Source of the DNA: Bacteroidales bacterium
GTDB lineage: Bacteria; Bacteroidota; Bacteroidia; Bacteroidales; WCHB1-69
Assembly (NCBI GenBank): GCA_012519525.1
Contig: JAAYQB010000143.1
Span: forward strand, 1-37,784
Length of the DNA stretch: 37,784 bases
Direction: 5' to 3'
In this document: positions 9,407 to 19,727 of the stretch, one piece after another
Layout: each line of letters opens with the position of its first letter
Position numbering within the stretch: the first letter of the stretch is position 1
Notes under the pieces: generated by a model
The model's input: only the letters and a program-made list of their open reading frames with translations
What the model was told of the DNA's origin: nothing
The model's database searches: none
Translations under genes and position numbers: made by a program

Positions 9407-11851
9407 TTATTTACATTCGGCACAAATGATATTTTTAGCAGCCAAATTTTCGCGAATAAGAACAGAATATGTTTTTATTTCATTGCAGAAACGAGTTCTA
9501 TTTTTTTGAGCTGCCAATCGGCAAGCCGTTTCAAAATTTTTCGCCGTATAGGTGTTTTCACTGATAGAATACAAATTCAAATAAGTGAAAATAAAATCTT
9601 CGCTTACAGACGAATCAGTAATAAAAGGATCCATAGTCGTTCTGGCAAATTCATAATCTTCGTATTCGATAAAAGTAGAGGCTACTTCATAGGCTTTTTG
9701 CCAAGTAGTAATGGTCGGCAATGATATTTGTTTTATCTTTTCATAAACCGTACTCATCAAATTTTCATCGGGTGATTCACTTTCATTTATGAAATCCAAC
9801 ACTTTATACTGAAAAGTCATATTCAATGCATCTACTTTCGTGGGATAAGTTTTGCCTATGTTAATATTGTAAAACTTATCAATTTTAACTTGTTTAGGTG
9901 TAACCTGCGAAGTAGATGTTATCTCTTCGTCAAGCACCGAACAGCAAAGTGCATTGAACTCAGCTACTAAATTTTTATTGTCAAATTTATACAAATCAAT
10001 AACATTTTTCATAAAATCAGAAGACCAAGCACCTTTGAAAAACGACAACATATAATATTTGTTGGTTAAAAAAGGCAACATATTCGCCCGATAAGGAATA
10101 TTCATGCTGTCAATTAAATCTTTTGTATACTTACCGTCTTCCACCCTTTTCATAATAAATTTTTGAATGGCAAAAGCCATAGGTAAATCCCCTTTTTCCA
10201 ATGTTTTATTGAATTTATTAACCACAAAACCTTGTTCGTATTGTTCCGATATATCGTAAGTGGCATACATAACAATATGCGCTCTTCGATGGTTTTTTAA
10301 AATAGGTTCCAAACTCTTTACCAATTTAGCATTTTTCAATTGTGCACTCAAGTCGTTTTTAGATAAATTAGCCAAATTAGCATGTTCTTTACTATTCTTT
10401 AAGTCATTCACTAATAAGTCATAGCCATCACTAAACTCTATCTTATGCGTAAGATTTTCAACTTGCATTTTCTTTAATGCATTGACAATACTTTCCGAAC
10501 GCTTTTTCTGTAACACTTCATTCGATTGTTGACTTCCTTCTAAAGATGTAGATGCCACTATAACAATACTATCAATAATAAATTTCGGTTCTCTCAGAGC
10601 TTCAATAAAAGGACGTATATCTTCTGCTACATATTCCGATTTATTGACTTCAAAAGGCACATTAAATTCCAATACCGTTTTTTCCGCTTGCGGGATATAA
10701 TTAATAGTAGTTTGAATACCCGACAAATCGGGAACCAAACTTGTTTTCCCTGAGTAATCCGATGTAACTTGTTTTACATTTGTCTTAATCAAAGTTTTAC
10801 ATACTACTTTATCTTTTATGACAATAAGATTAATGTCATACGGAGCACTTACATTATTGGGAATGCTACCGATATATACGCTGAGACCTTTATTTTTCTT
10901 ATCGCTTATTTCATTCTTTTTTTCCAATTTTTTGAAACGAATGTATTTTGGCATTACGCCGCGATTGTAGAAATTAAAATCCACATCATTTTGCTGATTG
11001 CAAGCATATTGAGAATGCTGAACGATATCAATTGCTATGCCATCTTTTTTCTTTCCTATTAAACGTTTAAGTTCTTTTATGTTAGGATGAACAAAATAAA
11101 TATCATTGCCTTTTAAGGTAATGCATTTTTGAAGGTTTTCTATGCCTTTCACTTCACACTTACGGCAAGTTTTTTCATTGTAAGGTTTTAAGCGATACGA
11201 CTTGCGTGTGTAAGTAGTATTTCTGTAAGTAATATCATCTTTATTAAACGATAAATCATTTCCAAATACCAATGATATATAAACGTTTTTATTATTATTA
11301 TCTACCGATGTTCCGACACCGATATAGGTAAATTTTTTATTCAAAGGAATAACACTTGTTTTTGAATTTTTCAGCAAATAACCAACTGCCTCAGTCGCTA
11401 CTTCCAAATAAGAATAATCGCTTCTGGCATTGTCTTTTGTAGCTTTTGCTCTTGTTATTAACTCGGCAACACGTTTGGTTCCACCCGCTTTCACCGAACG
11501 CAATTCAGAGGTCTTCAAATAACTTACCACATTTTTATACGTTCTTTCTTTTTTCTTCGCCATAAATGCCGACTGATAGGTGGCTGCGGTATCCAATATA
11601 TCTTTATTGGTCAACGGCTCTGCAAAGTTGCAGTTTTTTCTCGCATAATTAATAACTTCAATGATACAAGCCTTTAGAATATCACTGTCATAATCAATCG
11701 GATTGAAGTTTTTCAAAAAATCAGGATGAGTTTCTCCTACTTTTTCATAGTCAATATCACAGATAGGTGATTGTTGTGCATACACTGAATGACTACGACT
11801 AAAAAATGCAGCTAAAAAAATGGCTAAAAAATAAGTAAAAAATTGTTTCAT
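9407..11851 (-). CDS. secreted multidomain protein of unknown function (possible CAP/SCP-like and degenerate OmpA-like segments)
   Basis: 814 aa. Signal peptide MKQFFTYFLAIFLAAFFSRSHSVYA/QQ. Residues ~55-198 resemble a CAP/YkwD-type domain (INYARKN...PL...AATYQSAFM ... FTYIGVG...VYISLVFG). Residues ~393-475 resemble an OmpA-like module (VPFEVNKSEY...IVIVASTSLEGSQQSNEVLQKKRSESIVNAL). It has its own TATTTTTG box 41 nt upstream. Confidence 0.7.
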   Translation of the reverse strand: MKQFFTYFLAIFLAAFFSRSHSVYAQQSPICDIDYEKVGETHPDFLKNFNPIDYDSDILKACIIEVINYARKNCNFAEPLTNKDILDTAATYQSAFMAKKKERTYKNVVSYLKTSELRSVKAGGTKRVAELITRAKATKDNARSDYSYLEVATEAVGYLLKNSKTSVIPLNKKFTYIGVGTSVDNNNKNVYISLVFGNDLSFNKDDITYRNTTYTRKSYRLKPYNEKTCRKCEVKGIENLQKCITLKGNDIYFVHPNIKELKRLIGKKKDGIAIDIVQHSQYACNQQNDVDFNFYNRGVMPKYIRFKKLEKKNEISDKKNKGLSVYIGSIPNNVSAPYDINLIVIKDKVVCKTLIKTNVKQVTSDYSGKTSLVPDLSGIQTTINYIPQAEKTVLEFNVPFEVNKSEYVAEDIRPFIEALREPKFIIDSIVIVASTSLEGSQQSNEVLQKKRSESIVNALKKMQVENLTHKIEFSDGYDLLVNDLKNSKEHANLANLSKNDLSAQLKNAKLVKSLEPILKNHRRAHIVMYATYDISEQYEQGFVVNKFNKTLEKGDLPMAFAIQKFIMKRVEDGKYTKDLIDSMNIPYRANMLPFLTNKYYMLSFFKGAWSSDFMKNVIDLYKFDNKNLVAEFNALCCSVLDEEITSTSQVTPKQVKIDKFYNINIGKTYPTKVDALNMTFQYKVLDFINESESPDENLMSTVYEKIKQISLPTITTWQKAYEVASTFIEYEDYEFARTTMDPFITDSSVSEDFIFTYLNLYSISENTYTAKNFETACRLAAQKNRTRFCNEIKTYSVLIRENLAAKNIICAECK

Positions 11852-11891
11852 TATTTATTTTATTTTAATATTTATATTGTTTTATTTTATG

Positions 11892-11899
11892 CAAAAATA
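11892..11899 (-). promoter_or_regulatory. -7 box TATTTTTG (minus strand) for the 814-aa secreted protein gene
   Basis: Plus strand reads CAAAAATA, 41 nt upstream of the minus-strand ATG at 11851. Confidence 0.5.
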
Positions 11900-11940
11900 A
11901 TATTTTTTTTCATACTTCTCCATATAAATTCTCTTTTTTT

Positions 11941-13035
11941 TTACACATTGAATCGAATATGTAAAATATCACCGTCTTGTACTACGTAGTTTTTTCCTTC
12001 CACAGTAAGTTTCCCTGCTTTTTTACAATTCAGTTCCGAACCGTAAGTTATCATATCGTCATATTTAATGACTTCGGCACGAATAAATCCTCTTTCCAAA
12101 TCACTGTGTATAACACCGGCTGCTTGCGGTGCTAAACTACCTTTCGTAATTGTCCATGCCCTATTTTCTTTTCCTCCTACCGTAAAAAACGATATGAGAT
12201 TCAACAGCTTATAAGCTGCTTGCAATAATTTATTCACTCCCGGCTCTTGTATGCCGACATCTTCTAAAAAGAGTGCTTGGTCTTCTTCTTCTAATTCTGC
12301 TATTTCAGCTTCCAATTTTCCGGCTATTACTAAAATCTGATTATCGCTATCCTTAAAATAATCAATTACCGACTCCGAATATTTATTGCCGGTCAAGACC
12401 GATTTTTCATCAACATTACAAACATACAAAATAGGTTTAGCGCTTAGCAACATCATGTCTTCTACCACTTTTTTTTCACTGTCGGGTAAATCCAAAGTCC
12501 TGACATTTTGAAAGTTTTCAAGATGATTTTTATATTTCTGCAATACTTCCACCTGAAAACGGGCTTCTTTGTCGCCTACTCTTGCTGCTTTATCTACTTT
12601 TTGTATTTTACGTTCTATTTGCTCCAAATCTTTAATTTGAAGCTCTAAATCAATAGTTTCTATATCTCTCACAGGATTAACACTCCCATCGATGTGCGGT
12701 AAGTTATCGTCATCATAGCAACGCAGCACGTGAATCAAAGCATCGCACAAACGTATATCGGCTAAAAAAGAATTGCCAATCCCTTCGCCCTGATTAGAAC
12801 CTTTTGTTAATCCCGGAATGTCAATTATTTCAACGGTAGCATACACCAACTGCTCAGCAGTGATTAGTTGATGTATTTTTTCTAATCGTTCATCGGGAAT
12901 ATTACAAATTCCCACGTTCGATTTATCGCTACTAAAAGCAAAATTAGTAACTTGTGCTTTTGTTTTCGACATGCAATTAAACAAAGTGGTTTTCCCTGAA
13001 TTGGTAATGCCGATAATACCACACTTTAATCCCAT
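11941..13035 (-). CDS. ychF: redox-regulated ribosome-binding ATPase YchF
   Basis: 364 aa. The N-terminal G1 region KCGIIGITNSGKTTLFN, the coiled-coil insertion and the C-terminal TGS-like end (DGDILHIRFNV) are typical of YchF/OLA1. Confidence 0.92.
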   Translation of the reverse strand: MGLKCGIIGITNSGKTTLFNCMSKTKAQVTNFAFSSDKSNVGICNIPDERLEKIHQLITAEQLVYATVEIIDIPGLTKGSNQGEGIGNSFLADIRLCDALIHVLRCYDDDNLPHIDGSVNPVRDIETIDLELQIKDLEQIERKIQKVDKAARVGDKEARFQVEVLQKYKNHLENFQNVRTLDLPDSEKKVVEDMMLLSAKPILYVCNVDEKSVLTGNKYSESVIDYFKDSDNQILVIAGKLEAEIAELEEEDQALFLEDVGIQEPGVNKLLQAAYKLLNLISFFTVGGKENRAWTITKGSLAPQAAGVIHSDLERGFIRAEVIKYDDMITYGSELNCKKAGKLTVEGKNYVVQDGDILHIRFNV

Positions 13036-13046
13036 AAAACTTTGGT

Positions 13047-13292
13047 TTAGAACATTAAATTTATATCTACAACCTCTTTTATTTCCGGAAGATGTTTGAC
13101 GATGGTTTTTTCCACACCGTCTTTTAAAGTCATTCTGCTATAAGGACAGCTTCCGCAAGCACCTTGTAACTCCACTTTTACAACATTGTCAGCTGTTAAT
13201 TCCACAAAACGAATATCTCCGCCATCAGCCTGAAGATGAGGTCTTATTTGATCAATTATATGAACTACTTTTTGTTCTAATGTCATTTCCAT
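13047..13292 (-). CDS. NifU/Nfu C-terminal-domain Fe-S cluster protein
   Basis: 81 aa from ATG 13292. The CGSCPYS (CxxC) motif sits in a typical Nfu scaffold context. The track's TTG start at 13328 falls inside the promoter box, so I trimmed it. Confidence 0.8.
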   Translation of the reverse strand: MEMTLEQKVVHIIDQIRPHLQADGGDIRFVELTADNVVKVELQGACGSCPYSRMTLKDGVEKTIVKHLPEIKEVVDINLMF

Positions 13293-13325
13293 TTTAAAAT
13301 AAATTTTAAATAAAAATAATAAATG

Positions 13326-13333
13326 CAAAAATA
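13326..13333 (-). promoter_or_regulatory. -7 box TATTTTTG (minus strand) for nifU-like/ychF
   Basis: Plus strand reads CAAAAATA, 34 nt upstream of ATG 13292. Confidence 0.5.
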
Positions 13334-13597
13334 CAAGAAAATACCAAACAATACCTACATTTCCGTTAAAATTATCAATCTATTTTTAAGCTACTCTATG
13401 TGAGATGGAATTTGTATAGAACGAATAAAAAAACAGACAAAAGCCGAATTGAAAATAGAAGGTAAAATAAAAACAAAAAAAAAATTATTGACGCTTTAGA
13501 TACTTTAACCACAACAACTTAAACAGTGTCGTTCAATTGATAAGAAAAAATAATTGTTAAAAATAAGAAATTACGACAAACATTTCAATTATTCTGA

Positions 13598-13605
13598 TAA
13601 TTTTG
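13598..13605 (+). promoter_or_regulatory. -7 box TAATTTTG for the antiporter gene
   Basis: Consensus match 58 nt upstream of ATG 13663, in a 370-nt divergent intergenic region (334 nt by the ORF-track coordinates). Confidence 0.45.
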
Positions 13606-13662
13606 CAAAAAAAATAACAATTGTAGTTAACAGCAAAAATTTCATAAAAAAACAACACATAC

Positions 13663-15822
13663 ATGTTAGATTTTTTCAATAAATTAGCCGAAGAATTTGT
13701 ACTGCCATTGGAAAATCCTATCTTGGTTTTTTCATTGGTATTATTTATTATCTTACTATCGCCCATTGTTTTAAAGAGGTTTAGCATTCCGGGAATCATC
13801 GGGTTAATTATTGCAGGGGTCATTATTGGACCTTACGGATTCAATATGGTGAAAAAAGAGTCAATAGAACTATTTTCAACATTAGGACTATTGTATATTA
13901 TGTTTATAGCAGGACTTGAACTTGACTTAAACGAATTTAAAGCCAATAAATACAAAAGTCTTCTATTTGGTATTTTTACATTTATTTTTCCATTATCTAT
14001 CGGATTTCCCGTATGTCATTATCTTTTAGGCTATGATTTTAACGCAAGTTTACTTACAGCCAGCATGTTTGCCACCCATACATTGGTGGCTTATCCGATA
14101 GTAAGCAAATTGGGGGTTTCAAAAAATCAAGCTGTTGCTGTTACGGTAGGCGGTACAATTTTGACCGATACGGCAGTACTTATTATTTTAGCCGTTGTTA
14201 TGGGAAAAAGCCAAGGGTCTTTAAATCAAGAGTTCTGGATAAAACTTGGCGTATCATTTGTTATTTTTACGGCTATTATGTTTTTACTTATTCCTCGTAT
14301 AGCCAAATGGTTTTTCCGTAAATTAGAAAGCGAAAAACATTCACACTACATTTTTGTATTATCGGTTGTTTTCTTTGCCGCTTTCTTAGCAGAAGTAGCC
14401 GGATTAGAACCTATTATTGGGGCTTTCGCAGCCGGATTAGCACTCAACAAACTCATTCCCAACTCATCGGCATTAATGAACCGTATCGAATTTATGGGTA
14501 ATTCGCTGTTCATTCCCTTTTTTCTTATCAGCGTAGGAATGATTGTAGATGTTAGAGTAATTTTGAGCGGACCTATGGCAATTATTATCGCTGTTACGCT
14601 CTCAGTAGTAGCTATAGCAAGCAAATGGATAGCTGCCTTATTTACACAATTGATTTTCAGATATTCCAAACTGCAACGCCAACTCATATTCGGACTAAGT
14701 AGCTCGCATGCAGCGGCTACCCTTGCCGTTATATTAGTAGGCTATAGAGCTAAGATTATTGACGACAATATACTTAACGGAACAATTATTCTTATTTTAA
14801 TTACATGTATCGTGGCTTCGTTTGTAACTGAAAAAGCGGCTAAACAACTCGTTGTTCAATCCGATAGTGAAGAAACAAACGTTACAAAAAAAACAGCCTC
14901 TACCAAAAGCGAACACATACTCTTGCCTATCGAAAACGTAGCCAATTTTGCTAAAATTGAAAAATTGTTAGAGTTGGGTATTCTTGTCAAAGATAAAAAA
15001 TCAGTATACCCCATATCGATACTTACGGTAGTAGCAAATGACAGCGATGCCGAACTTAATTTGGTAAAAGCAAGAAATAAGTTAGAAGATTTTGCACGAC
15101 ACGCTTCAGCTTCAGAAACTAAAGTCAATGTTATTACGACTATCGATCACAATCCGGGAAGTGGAATCGGGCGTATTTCACGCGAAATCATGGCTGACAT
15201 TATTATTTTAGGATGGCCCACACGCACAGGATTTATTAATAAACTAATCGGCGAAAAAATAGATTCCATTCTAAGCAATACCGATAAAACTATTTATGTG
15301 TGTCATTTAGAAAAACCTTTAGCCGTACATAAACGACTTGTTATTACTATTCCGCCTTTAGCCGAACACGAAAACGGTTTTAAATTATGGTTTGTCAATA
15401 TGGCGAAATTAGCACAAGAACTCAGCATTTCCATTCAACTTTACTCTAACGAATCGACACAGAAAGCCGTTGAAAGACTGTATAAAGAAAATAAACTAAG
15501 CGCATCAATCCACAAACACATCTTTGCCGAATGGGAGGACTTCTTAATCCTATCTCGAAACATTGGTGAAGACGACCTCATTGTCTTGGTAGCTGCTCGA
15601 AAAGGTGCTACTTCTTATTTAAACGTCATGGATAATTTACCATGGAAATTAGAAAAATATTTCAAAACAAATAGTCGCTTAATTATTTATCCTCAGCATT
15701 TTAGCAACGAAAACATTCTCGACCAATACCATGACGTTACAGGTCAGCCTTTGAATAAAGGAATAGAAGTGGTGCAAAAAATCGGAAAAGGAATCGGTAC
15801 TATTTTTAAAACCGACTCATAA
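13663..15822 (+). CDS. cation:proton antiporter (CPA family) with C-terminal tandem Usp-like cytoplasmic domains
   Basis: 719 aa. About 400 aa of Na+/H+-exchanger-type TM helices are followed by ~300 soluble residues that read as two universal-stress-protein-like repeats (ILLPIEN...ADIIILGW ; RLVITIPP...DDLIVLVAARKG). Confidence 0.85.
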   Translation: MLDFFNKLAEEFVLPLENPILVFSLVLFIILLSPIVLKRFSIPGIIGLIIAGVIIGPYGFNMVKKESIELFSTLGLLYIMFIAGLELDLNEFKANKYKSLLFGIFTFIFPLSIGFPVCHYLLGYDFNASLLTASMFATHTLVAYPIVSKLGVSKNQAVAVTVGGTILTDTAVLIILAVVMGKSQGSLNQEFWIKLGVSFVIFTAIMFLLIPRIAKWFFRKLESEKHSHYIFVLSVVFFAAFLAEVAGLEPIIGAFAAGLALNKLIPNSSALMNRIEFMGNSLFIPFFLISVGMIVDVRVILSGPMAIIIAVTLSVVAIASKWIAALFTQLIFRYSKLQRQLIFGLSSSHAAATLAVILVGYRAKIIDDNILNGTIILILITCIVASFVTEKAAKQLVVQSDSEETNVTKKTASTKSEHILLPIENVANFAKIEKLLELGILVKDKKSVYPISILTVVANDSDAELNLVKARNKLEDFARHASASETKVNVITTIDHNPGSGIGRISREIMADIIILGWPTRTGFINKLIGEKIDSILSNTDKTIYVCHLEKPLAVHKRLVITIPPLAEHENGFKLWFVNMAKLAQELSISIQLYSNESTQKAVERLYKENKLSASIHKHIFAEWEDFLILSRNIGEDDLIVLVAARKGATSYLNVMDNLPWKLEKYFKTNSRLIIYPQHFSNENILDQYHDVTGQPLNKGIEVVQKIGKGIGTIFKTDS

Positions 15823-15940
15823 CACACCGAAGATGAATTTGGGTTATCCGAAATATCCGCAAATTAAAAAAATGAAAAAAGGCTTATTCTAAAGTCAATA
15901 AAAATATTTCATTTTCAAAGTTTAGCTTTCTATTTTTTTA

Positions 15941-15948
15941 TACTTTTG
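15941..15948 (+). promoter_or_regulatory. -7 box TACTTTTG for uvrD-tauE
   Basis: Consensus match 46 nt upstream of the TTG start at 15994. Confidence 0.5.
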
Positions 15949-15993
15949 TATAACGAAAAATACAGCAATACTAATTAAGTAATATATCTGAAA

Positions 15994-18303
15994 TTGAACA
16001 CATTATTTGAAGGACTCAATGAAGCACAACAAAAAGCGGTAGCACATTACAAAGGAGCTATGATGGTCATAGCCGGCGCAGGCTCAGGAAAAACACGCGT
16101 ATTAACGCATCGCATTGCTTATATGATTTCACAAGGAGTGAACCCTTTTGAAATACTCAGCTTAACCTTTACCAACAAAGCAGCCGCCGAGATGAAAGAA
16201 CGAGTTATGGAGCTGCTTAGCAACAACATAGGACGCAATGTGTGGATGGGAACTTTTCATTCCATTTTTAGTAGAATACTACACATAGAATCGGAATATT
16301 TGGGGTTTTCTAAAAATTTCACGGTATATGACCAAGACGATAGTAAAAATTTAATAAAAACAATTATAAAAGAAAAAAACTTAGACGATAAACAATATCG
16401 TCCCAGCACAGTTCAAGCCATGATATCCAATGCCAAATCCAATCTGTTGTCGCCCGAAGAGTACAATAGTAATTCTTTGATATATAGCGAAAATCAATCA
16501 AAAAGAATGGAGATGGTAGGCAGTATTTACAGCGCTTACAACCAACGACTAAAGCGTTTAGACGCAATGGATTTCGACGATTTGCTGTTCAATATGTATG
16601 TTTTGTTAAGAGATTTTCCCGATATGCTCTACAAATACCAACATAAATTTAAATACATATTGGTAGACGAATACCAAGATACCAATTATGTACAGTATCA
16701 AATTGTAAAAAAATTAGCAGCTTTACACGAAAATATTTGCGTTGTCGGCGATGATGCACAAAGCATTTATGCGTTTAGAGGTGCTAACATTCAAAATATT
16801 ATCAACTTCAAAGAAGATTATCCCGACTATAGCTTATTTAAATTAGAACAAAACTATCGTTCTACTCAAACCATACTCAACGCCGCCAATGCCGTTATCA
16901 AAAACAACAAAGAACAAATACATAAAACCATCTGGACTGCTAATGAAGAAGGGAGTAAAATTAAGCTGATAGAATGCTTGAGCGAGTCGGACGAAGCCCA
17001 AAAAGTAGCCGGCTCTATTGTTGACTTTAAGCAGAAAAACAACTTAACCTACAAAGATTTCACCATTCTATATCGTACCAATGCTCAATCACGTCCTTTG
17101 GAAGAAGTGTTTGTCAGAATGGGTATCCCCTACCGCATTTACGGTGGAAAGTCTTTTTATCAACGCAAAGAAATAAAAGACGTATTAGCTTATTGTCGTT
17201 TAACAGTCAATTATAAAGACGATGAATCCTTGCGTCGTATCATCAATTATCCCCAAAGAGGTATTGGCACTACGACCATGGAAAAAGTAATGGCAGCAGC
17301 CAACGACAACAATTGTTCGATATGGGAAATTATTTCGCAACCGGAAAAATACGACAACATTCTTAACCAAGGAACTTGGAATAAATTAACTGACTTTGTT
17401 GCTAAAATTAAAAGCTTTCATTTTCTTTTGGATAAACAAGATGCCTTTGAATTAGGAAAATACATTGCCGATAAAAGCGGCATTACAGAAGAATTAAAAA
17501 TGCTTACAGAAGAAAAAGAACGCTACGAAAACCTCGGAGAGTTATTCAATGCAATGAAAAATTTCACAGAAAGAACCCCCGAAAACACCATAGACATGGA
17601 AACAGGCGAAGACCTTAGTAATTATTTCCCTTCATTGAATCGGTTTTTAGAAGAAGTCGTTCTACTTACCGATGCCGATGAAGAAGATAAAACAGGCAAT
17701 AACAAAGTAAAACTCATGACCATACACGCTTCTAAAGGCTTAGAGTTTCCATACGTTTACATCGTAGGATTAGAAGAAAATTTATTCCCCTCGCACATGG
17801 TCAGCAGTCAATCGGAAATGGAAGAAGAACGAAGATTGTTTTACGTAGCCATTACTCGCACAAAACAACACCTCACTTTGTCTTATGCCAGAAGTCGCTT
17901 CGTTTTTGGCAGTATCAATTATGCTGTTCCCAGTTCTTTTTTAAAAGAAATTGATAAAAATCTTATCGAAAGCCCGCATACATCTTTTAATCAACCGACA
18001 TTAATATATAAAAACGTACCAAAATACACTAGCCCTACACAAGTAAAGAAAAATATTCCTTTCAGTAAAAAAGATGCACAGGAAGTTTCACAAATAAAAT
18101 CTTCGGTAGCATTAGGTGCTGAAGTTGAGCATTTAAAGCAATTAAAAATAGGAATGACAGTATTTCACGATAAATTTGGTTTAGGGAAAATAGAAGAAAT
18201 GATTGAAGACGGCGCCAATAGTAAAACCATCATTACTTTCGAAAAGTTCGGCAAAAAAACAATGCTTTTACGCTTTGCAAAATTGAAAATAGTCAATCAA
18301 TAA
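15994..18303 (+). CDS. uvrD: ATP-dependent DNA helicase UvrD/PcrA (superfamily 1A)
   Basis: 769 aa. Motif I AGAGSGKT, motif II DEYQDTN, QNYRST, the late helicase motif VAITRTK, and a C-terminal Tudor-like tail (GMTVFHDKFGLGKIEE). TTG start; no upstream in-frame ATG. Confidence 0.92.
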   Translation: MNTLFEGLNEAQQKAVAHYKGAMMVIAGAGSGKTRVLTHRIAYMISQGVNPFEILSLTFTNKAAAEMKERVMELLSNNIGRNVWMGTFHSIFSRILHIESEYLGFSKNFTVYDQDDSKNLIKTIIKEKNLDDKQYRPSTVQAMISNAKSNLLSPEEYNSNSLIYSENQSKRMEMVGSIYSAYNQRLKRLDAMDFDDLLFNMYVLLRDFPDMLYKYQHKFKYILVDEYQDTNYVQYQIVKKLAALHENICVVGDDAQSIYAFRGANIQNIINFKEDYPDYSLFKLEQNYRSTQTILNAANAVIKNNKEQIHKTIWTANEEGSKIKLIECLSESDEAQKVAGSIVDFKQKNNLTYKDFTILYRTNAQSRPLEEVFVRMGIPYRIYGGKSFYQRKEIKDVLAYCRLTVNYKDDESLRRIINYPQRGIGTTTMEKVMAAANDNNCSIWEIISQPEKYDNILNQGTWNKLTDFVAKIKSFHFLLDKQDAFELGKYIADKSGITEELKMLTEEKERYENLGELFNAMKNFTERTPENTIDMETGEDLSNYFPSLNRFLEEVVLLTDADEEDKTGNNKVKLMTIHASKGLEFPYVYIVGLEENLFPSHMVSSQSEMEEERRLFYVAITRTKQHLTLSYARSRFVFGSINYAVPSSFLKEIDKNLIESPHTSFNQPTLIYKNVPKYTSPTQVKKNIPFSKKDAQEVSQIKSSVALGAEVEHLKQLKIGMTVFHDKFGLGKIEEMIEDGANSKTIITFEKFGKKTMLLRFAKLKIVNQ

Positions 18304-18304
18304 T

Positions 18305-19072
18305 ATGAGTCTTTCAACTATTGCCTTATTAATTGTCTCAGGCTTATTCGTAGGCTTTATCAATACTTTAGCCGGTGGAGGAACGATTATTTCCATTTCC
18401 GTATTTATGTTTTTAGGACTTCCGCCAATGGTAGCCAACGGCACCAATCGAATTCCAATATTTTTACAAAATTTAACGGCAGTAACAAATTATTCCAAAA
18501 AGAAAATTTTAAACATACGTACTTCTTTAAAATATGCCATTCCCGTAGCTATCGGTTCCGTTATCGGAGGCAATATTGTTATCTCATTCAGCGAAAAAAC
18601 TTTCAATTACTTTTTTATAGCCATTATTTTGTTTATGATTGTGATGATTCTACTAAAACCCAAAATGTGGCTAAAAGAAAATCCGACAAAAATCAACACC
18701 CCTTTTTCCGTCTTTCAATGGATACTTCTTTTCATTATAGGTATTTACGGAGGGTTAATTCACGTCGGAATCGGTTATTTTCTCATCGCAATAGTTGTCT
18801 TAATGAGAGGATACGACTTACTGAAAGCCAACGCAATAAAAAACCTTATCGTACTTATTTACGTCCCTTTCTCACTCATTCCATTTATTATTCACGAACA
18901 GGTACGCTATGACTACGGCTTAGTGCATGCTATCGGTAATATTATTGGTGCTTACATTGCTTCTCAATGGGCTTCACGATTTGGAAGCAAATTTATCAGA
19001 TACGTACTTTTGCTGCTCTTATTCATTTCCTGCTTGCAAATTTTAAGTATGTTTTATTTCGATAGCAAATAA
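18305..19072 (+). CDS. sulfite exporter TauE/SafE family membrane protein
   Basis: 255 aa polytopic membrane protein with an internally duplicated TauE-type pattern (GGGTIISI...ANGTNR). It starts 1 nt after the uvrD stop. Confidence 0.8.
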   Translation: MSLSTIALLIVSGLFVGFINTLAGGGTIISISVFMFLGLPPMVANGTNRIPIFLQNLTAVTNYSKKKILNIRTSLKYAIPVAIGSVIGGNIVISFSEKTFNYFFIAIILFMIVMILLKPKMWLKENPTKINTPFSVFQWILLFIIGIYGGLIHVGIGYFLIAIVVLMRGYDLLKANAIKNLIVLIYVPFSLIPFIIHEQVRYDYGLVHAIGNIIGAYIASQWASRFGSKFIRYVLLLLLFISCLQILSMFYFDSK

Positions 19073-19130
19073 TTTTTTAAAAGTTCTTTACTTTAATGTA
19101 TATTGTTTTTGTTTTTTAATCATTATTTAG

Positions 19131-19138
19131 TATTTTTG
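19131..19138 (+). promoter_or_regulatory. -7 box TATTTTTG for DUF1599 / DoxX-like / nadE
   Basis: Consensus match 29 nt upstream of ATG 19167. Confidence 0.5.
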
Positions 19139-19166
19139 CATATTATAAAAAAAATATTTTTCTTAT

Positions 19167-19715
19167 ATGGATAAAACATTACAAGAATTTGACCAAGTGA
19201 TAGATATGTGCAGAGACATATTTCTAAAAAAAATGCACGATTACGGTGTTGCATGGCGAATATTACGTACCACTTCCATTACCGACCAAATATACATCAA
19301 AGCACAACGAATTAGAAGTATAGAAGAAAAAGGAGTTCATAAAGTAGAGGAAGGTATTTTACCTGAATTTATTGGCATTGTCAATTACGCAATAATGGCA
19401 CAAATGCAATTAGAATTAGGAAGCAGTTCAACCGATAATTTCAATATATCTAAAGATGAAATCATCAAGTTATACAACCACTATGTGTTGAAAGGAAAAG
19501 AGTTACTTATGAATAAAAATCATGATTATGACGAAGCATGGCGAAACATGCGAATAAGTTCTTATACCGACATTATTTTAATGAAACTGCTACGCATAAA
19601 ACAAATCGAAGATATTAAAGAAAACACGATTATATCCGAAGGATTGGATGCCAATTACTACGACATTTTCAACTATGCTGTTTTTGCCCTTATCAAACTA
19701 AACGAAAACACTTAA
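19167..19715 (+). CDS. DUF1599 (Nmad1) domain protein, two tandem copies
   Basis: 182 aa. Two repeats are visible directly: MHDYGVAWRILRTTSITDQIYIKAQRIRSIEE...VNYAIMAQMQL and NHDYDEAWRNMRISSYTDIILMKLLRIKQIED...FNYAVFALIKL. Confidence 0.8.
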   Translation: MDKTLQEFDQVIDMCRDIFLKKMHDYGVAWRILRTTSITDQIYIKAQRIRSIEEKGVHKVEEGILPEFIGIVNYAIMAQMQLELGSSSTDNFNISKDEIIKLYNHYVLKGKELLMNKNHDYDEAWRNMRISSYTDIILMKLLRIKQIEDIKENTIISEGLDANYYDIFNYAVFALIKLNENT

Positions 19716-19727
19716 AATCTACATATT

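Noticed and set aside
13557-13823. 88-aa minus-strand ORF spanning the antiporter promoter and start
   Set aside because: It overlaps the TAATTTTG box and the first 50 codons of a well-supported antiporter gene. Its composition is that of AT-rich intergenic sequence.
15841-15860. TTATCCGAAATATCCGCA, resembling two degenerate DnaA boxes
   Set aside because: Each half has two mismatches to TTATCCACA. There is no cluster of boxes, no AT-rich unwinding element pattern and no dnaA/dnaN context.
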